Shown: one piece after another, positions 62,333-64,000 of the stretch | How positions within the stretch are numbered: the first letter of the stretch is position 1 | How the letters are laid out: every line of letters starts with the position of its first letter | From: Candidatus Heimdallarchaeum endolithica | Lineage (GTDB): Archaea > Asgardarchaeota > Heimdallarchaeia > Heimdallarchaeales > Heimdallarchaeaceae | Reading direction: 5' to 3' | Assembly (NCBI GenBank): GCA_021513715.1 | Contig: CP084167.1 | Coordinates: 736,001 to 800,000, forward strand | DNA: 64,000 bases | Made by a program: the position numbers and the translations under genes | The notes under the pieces: generated by a model | Told to the model about the DNA's origin: nothing | Seen by the model: the letters and a program-made list of their open reading frames with translations, nothing else | Databases searched by the model: none

Positions 62333-64000
62333 CTAGGTGTTTTCATTACATTGTGGAACCTTTATTTCAAAAGTCACATTCCCTTCTTCGTTTGTTACTA
62401 AATCGATAGTTCCATTTAATTGATAAAGCAGTTTTCTTGAGATCAATAAACCCACACTATTATGATTCTCTTTCTGAAAAGTCTCTTTAAATAATAACTG
62501 CACTATTTCGTCTTCTATTTTTGAACCATTGTTAGATATTTTTAAAACACAATTTTTGTTTCTTGAAAAAATTTGGATAAAAATTTTGGTTGCTTTTCCA
62601 TGAGTTGAAATTTTACGTAATTTCTTCAGGACTCTCCCCAACCAACCAACAAACTTAGCGAAAGTTGTGAAGACTGGATTAAGAGAACATGAAAGACACA
62701 GTCTTAATTAAGTTCTCCAAGGGGTTCATCTCCTTACCCCGGGCACTCATAACTCCCAAAGGGAAGCCCGGGTGTCGTAGGAATGAAACCTACGTCTTTA
62801 AGCATCTAGCTCAAGACACTAGATAAATGAGAATTAAATATATAAAGATAGCTGAAAAGTTGTGACACTCCCTAATATCTTGTATGTATTCTTTATTTAA
62901 GCAAATGTGTTTCAGGTTGTTATTGGTCTAATAACTCCACAAATTAAAAATTTAGTTTTTTACGTAAAAAAGTATCTCATGCTTGATAGCATTAGAAATC
63001 ACATTATAAACGACAGAAATTAAGGTTCTATTTGCTTTTGCACAGCAGTTTCCTTAAATAATAAATTCTGTTTTAAATTGTTTTTTCAATTTATGTATTT
63101 CTTTTTTGAGATTGATAGAATAAGATGAAGCAACAAAGTCTTGATTAATCAATGCTGTAAGATTTTCAAGTTCAATGGAAGCAATATTTAAGTTCTCTTC
63201 TAAATTATCACAATATTTGTCATCCCTTTCCAGTTTGTATAATTCTAAAAAACCAATCATTGAAGTTATCCTATTAGTTAAATCATGTTTAATTATTGAA
63301 TAAATAGCTTGAGAAGTTTTATTTAGCTGTTCTACCTTATTCTTTGTTGTTATTAATTCATTTAAGATTAGATTGTATGGTTTCATTATTCCTTCTTTAA
63401 TCAAAATGTAGAAGAGAACTGATACACTCAAAAAAGCAAAAAAATGGCCGAAAACATTGGATATTCCGTAAACACTTACGTAGAAAGTAAAGAATAGTTC
63501 ACTTAGTGCCAAAAAGAATAAGTGAAAAAAGAAAAAAATACGAATGTTTTTTGCAAAAAAACTCCCTTTATAGACAAAGTAAGCCGATATAAGAAAAATA
63601 GATGAAACAAAATATTCACTAATTTTTTTGAAAACCGTTAATCCTACTCCTTCTATATAACATACAGGAAAATATCCTGCAAAAACTAAATATAGCATTA
63701 TTCCTGTAAATACTGTATAAAGAGAAACAAAAACTGTAGAGTTAATATCTCGTTTATAAAATATGAATAACAAAATTAGAGTTAAAGCATCAATATATCG
63801 TGCCAAGATCCATAAACAACTAGGTAAATTAGCATCATAACTTGGAAAAATATTCATTCCCTTGTACGCTAGTGTATGAAGGAATTCCACTAGACCAACA
63901 AAAATTTTTGATATCCCTAGAAGAACAACTAGATAAGAAGAAAGATAATTTTTACTAGCCAAAGCAATAACAAAAACAAAGATAAGTGTTACGATTATTG
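62333..64000 (-). pseudogene. MASE3-domain sensor histidine kinase, disrupted (5' end beyond window)
   Basis: HTLAYKGM..WILARY MASE3; KHDLTN H-box; in-frame TAA at 63054; VISNAIKH N-box resumes as HGKAT...ISNNG...GL after a 375-bp insertion. Confidence 0.85.
62603..62977. mobile_element. 375-bp non-autonomous inserted element with subterminal inverted repeats and GC-rich hairpins
   Basis: CATG duplicated at 62599-62602 and 62978-62981; ends AGTTGAAATTTTACGTAA and reverse-complement AGATACTTTTTTACGTAA; excision restores NAIKH-GKAT. Confidence 0.85.

Noticed and set aside
62333-62641. Stand-alone 102-aa HATPase ORF
   Set aside because: Chimeric frame starting inside the inserted element; it is the severed kinase C-terminus.
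62780-62820. Short matches (e.g. ATGCTT, ACTCAT) between the element interior and its target or junction, as guide sequences
   Set aside because: Six-base matches are expected by chance; not usable as evidence without multiple copies.

Overview
AT-rich (roughly 30% GC by eye) archaeal chromosomal segment. It is most likely from an Asgard archaeon of the Heimdallarchaeia type (inference from the archaeal pantoate kinase, ThiR, an Arf-like small GTPase, LRR/TPR proteins and C-terminally anchored solute-binding proteins). Core content: CoA genes (pantoate kinase, ketopantoate reductase), a thiamine ABC importer with a coupled APH/ThiK-like kinase, a ThiR-like regulator, TsaC, a nicotinamidase, TldD/E, two ABC-2 exporters, MFS/DMT transporters, three tandem circularly permuted family-5 solute-binding proteins, and two DNA adenine methyltransferases without adjacent nucleases (one CcrM-like). 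Four mobile elements could be delimited by their ends and target duplications: an ISH3-like deletion derivative (16461-17004), an abutting IS5-family element (17015-18016), an IS6-family element splitting a ~767-aa zinc-ribbon gene (44107-44869), and a 375-bp non-autonomous element with subterminal inverted repeats and GC-rich hairpins splitting a histidine kinase (62603-62977). Several genes are decayed or frameshifted. No rRNA, tRNA or CRISPR array was recognised.
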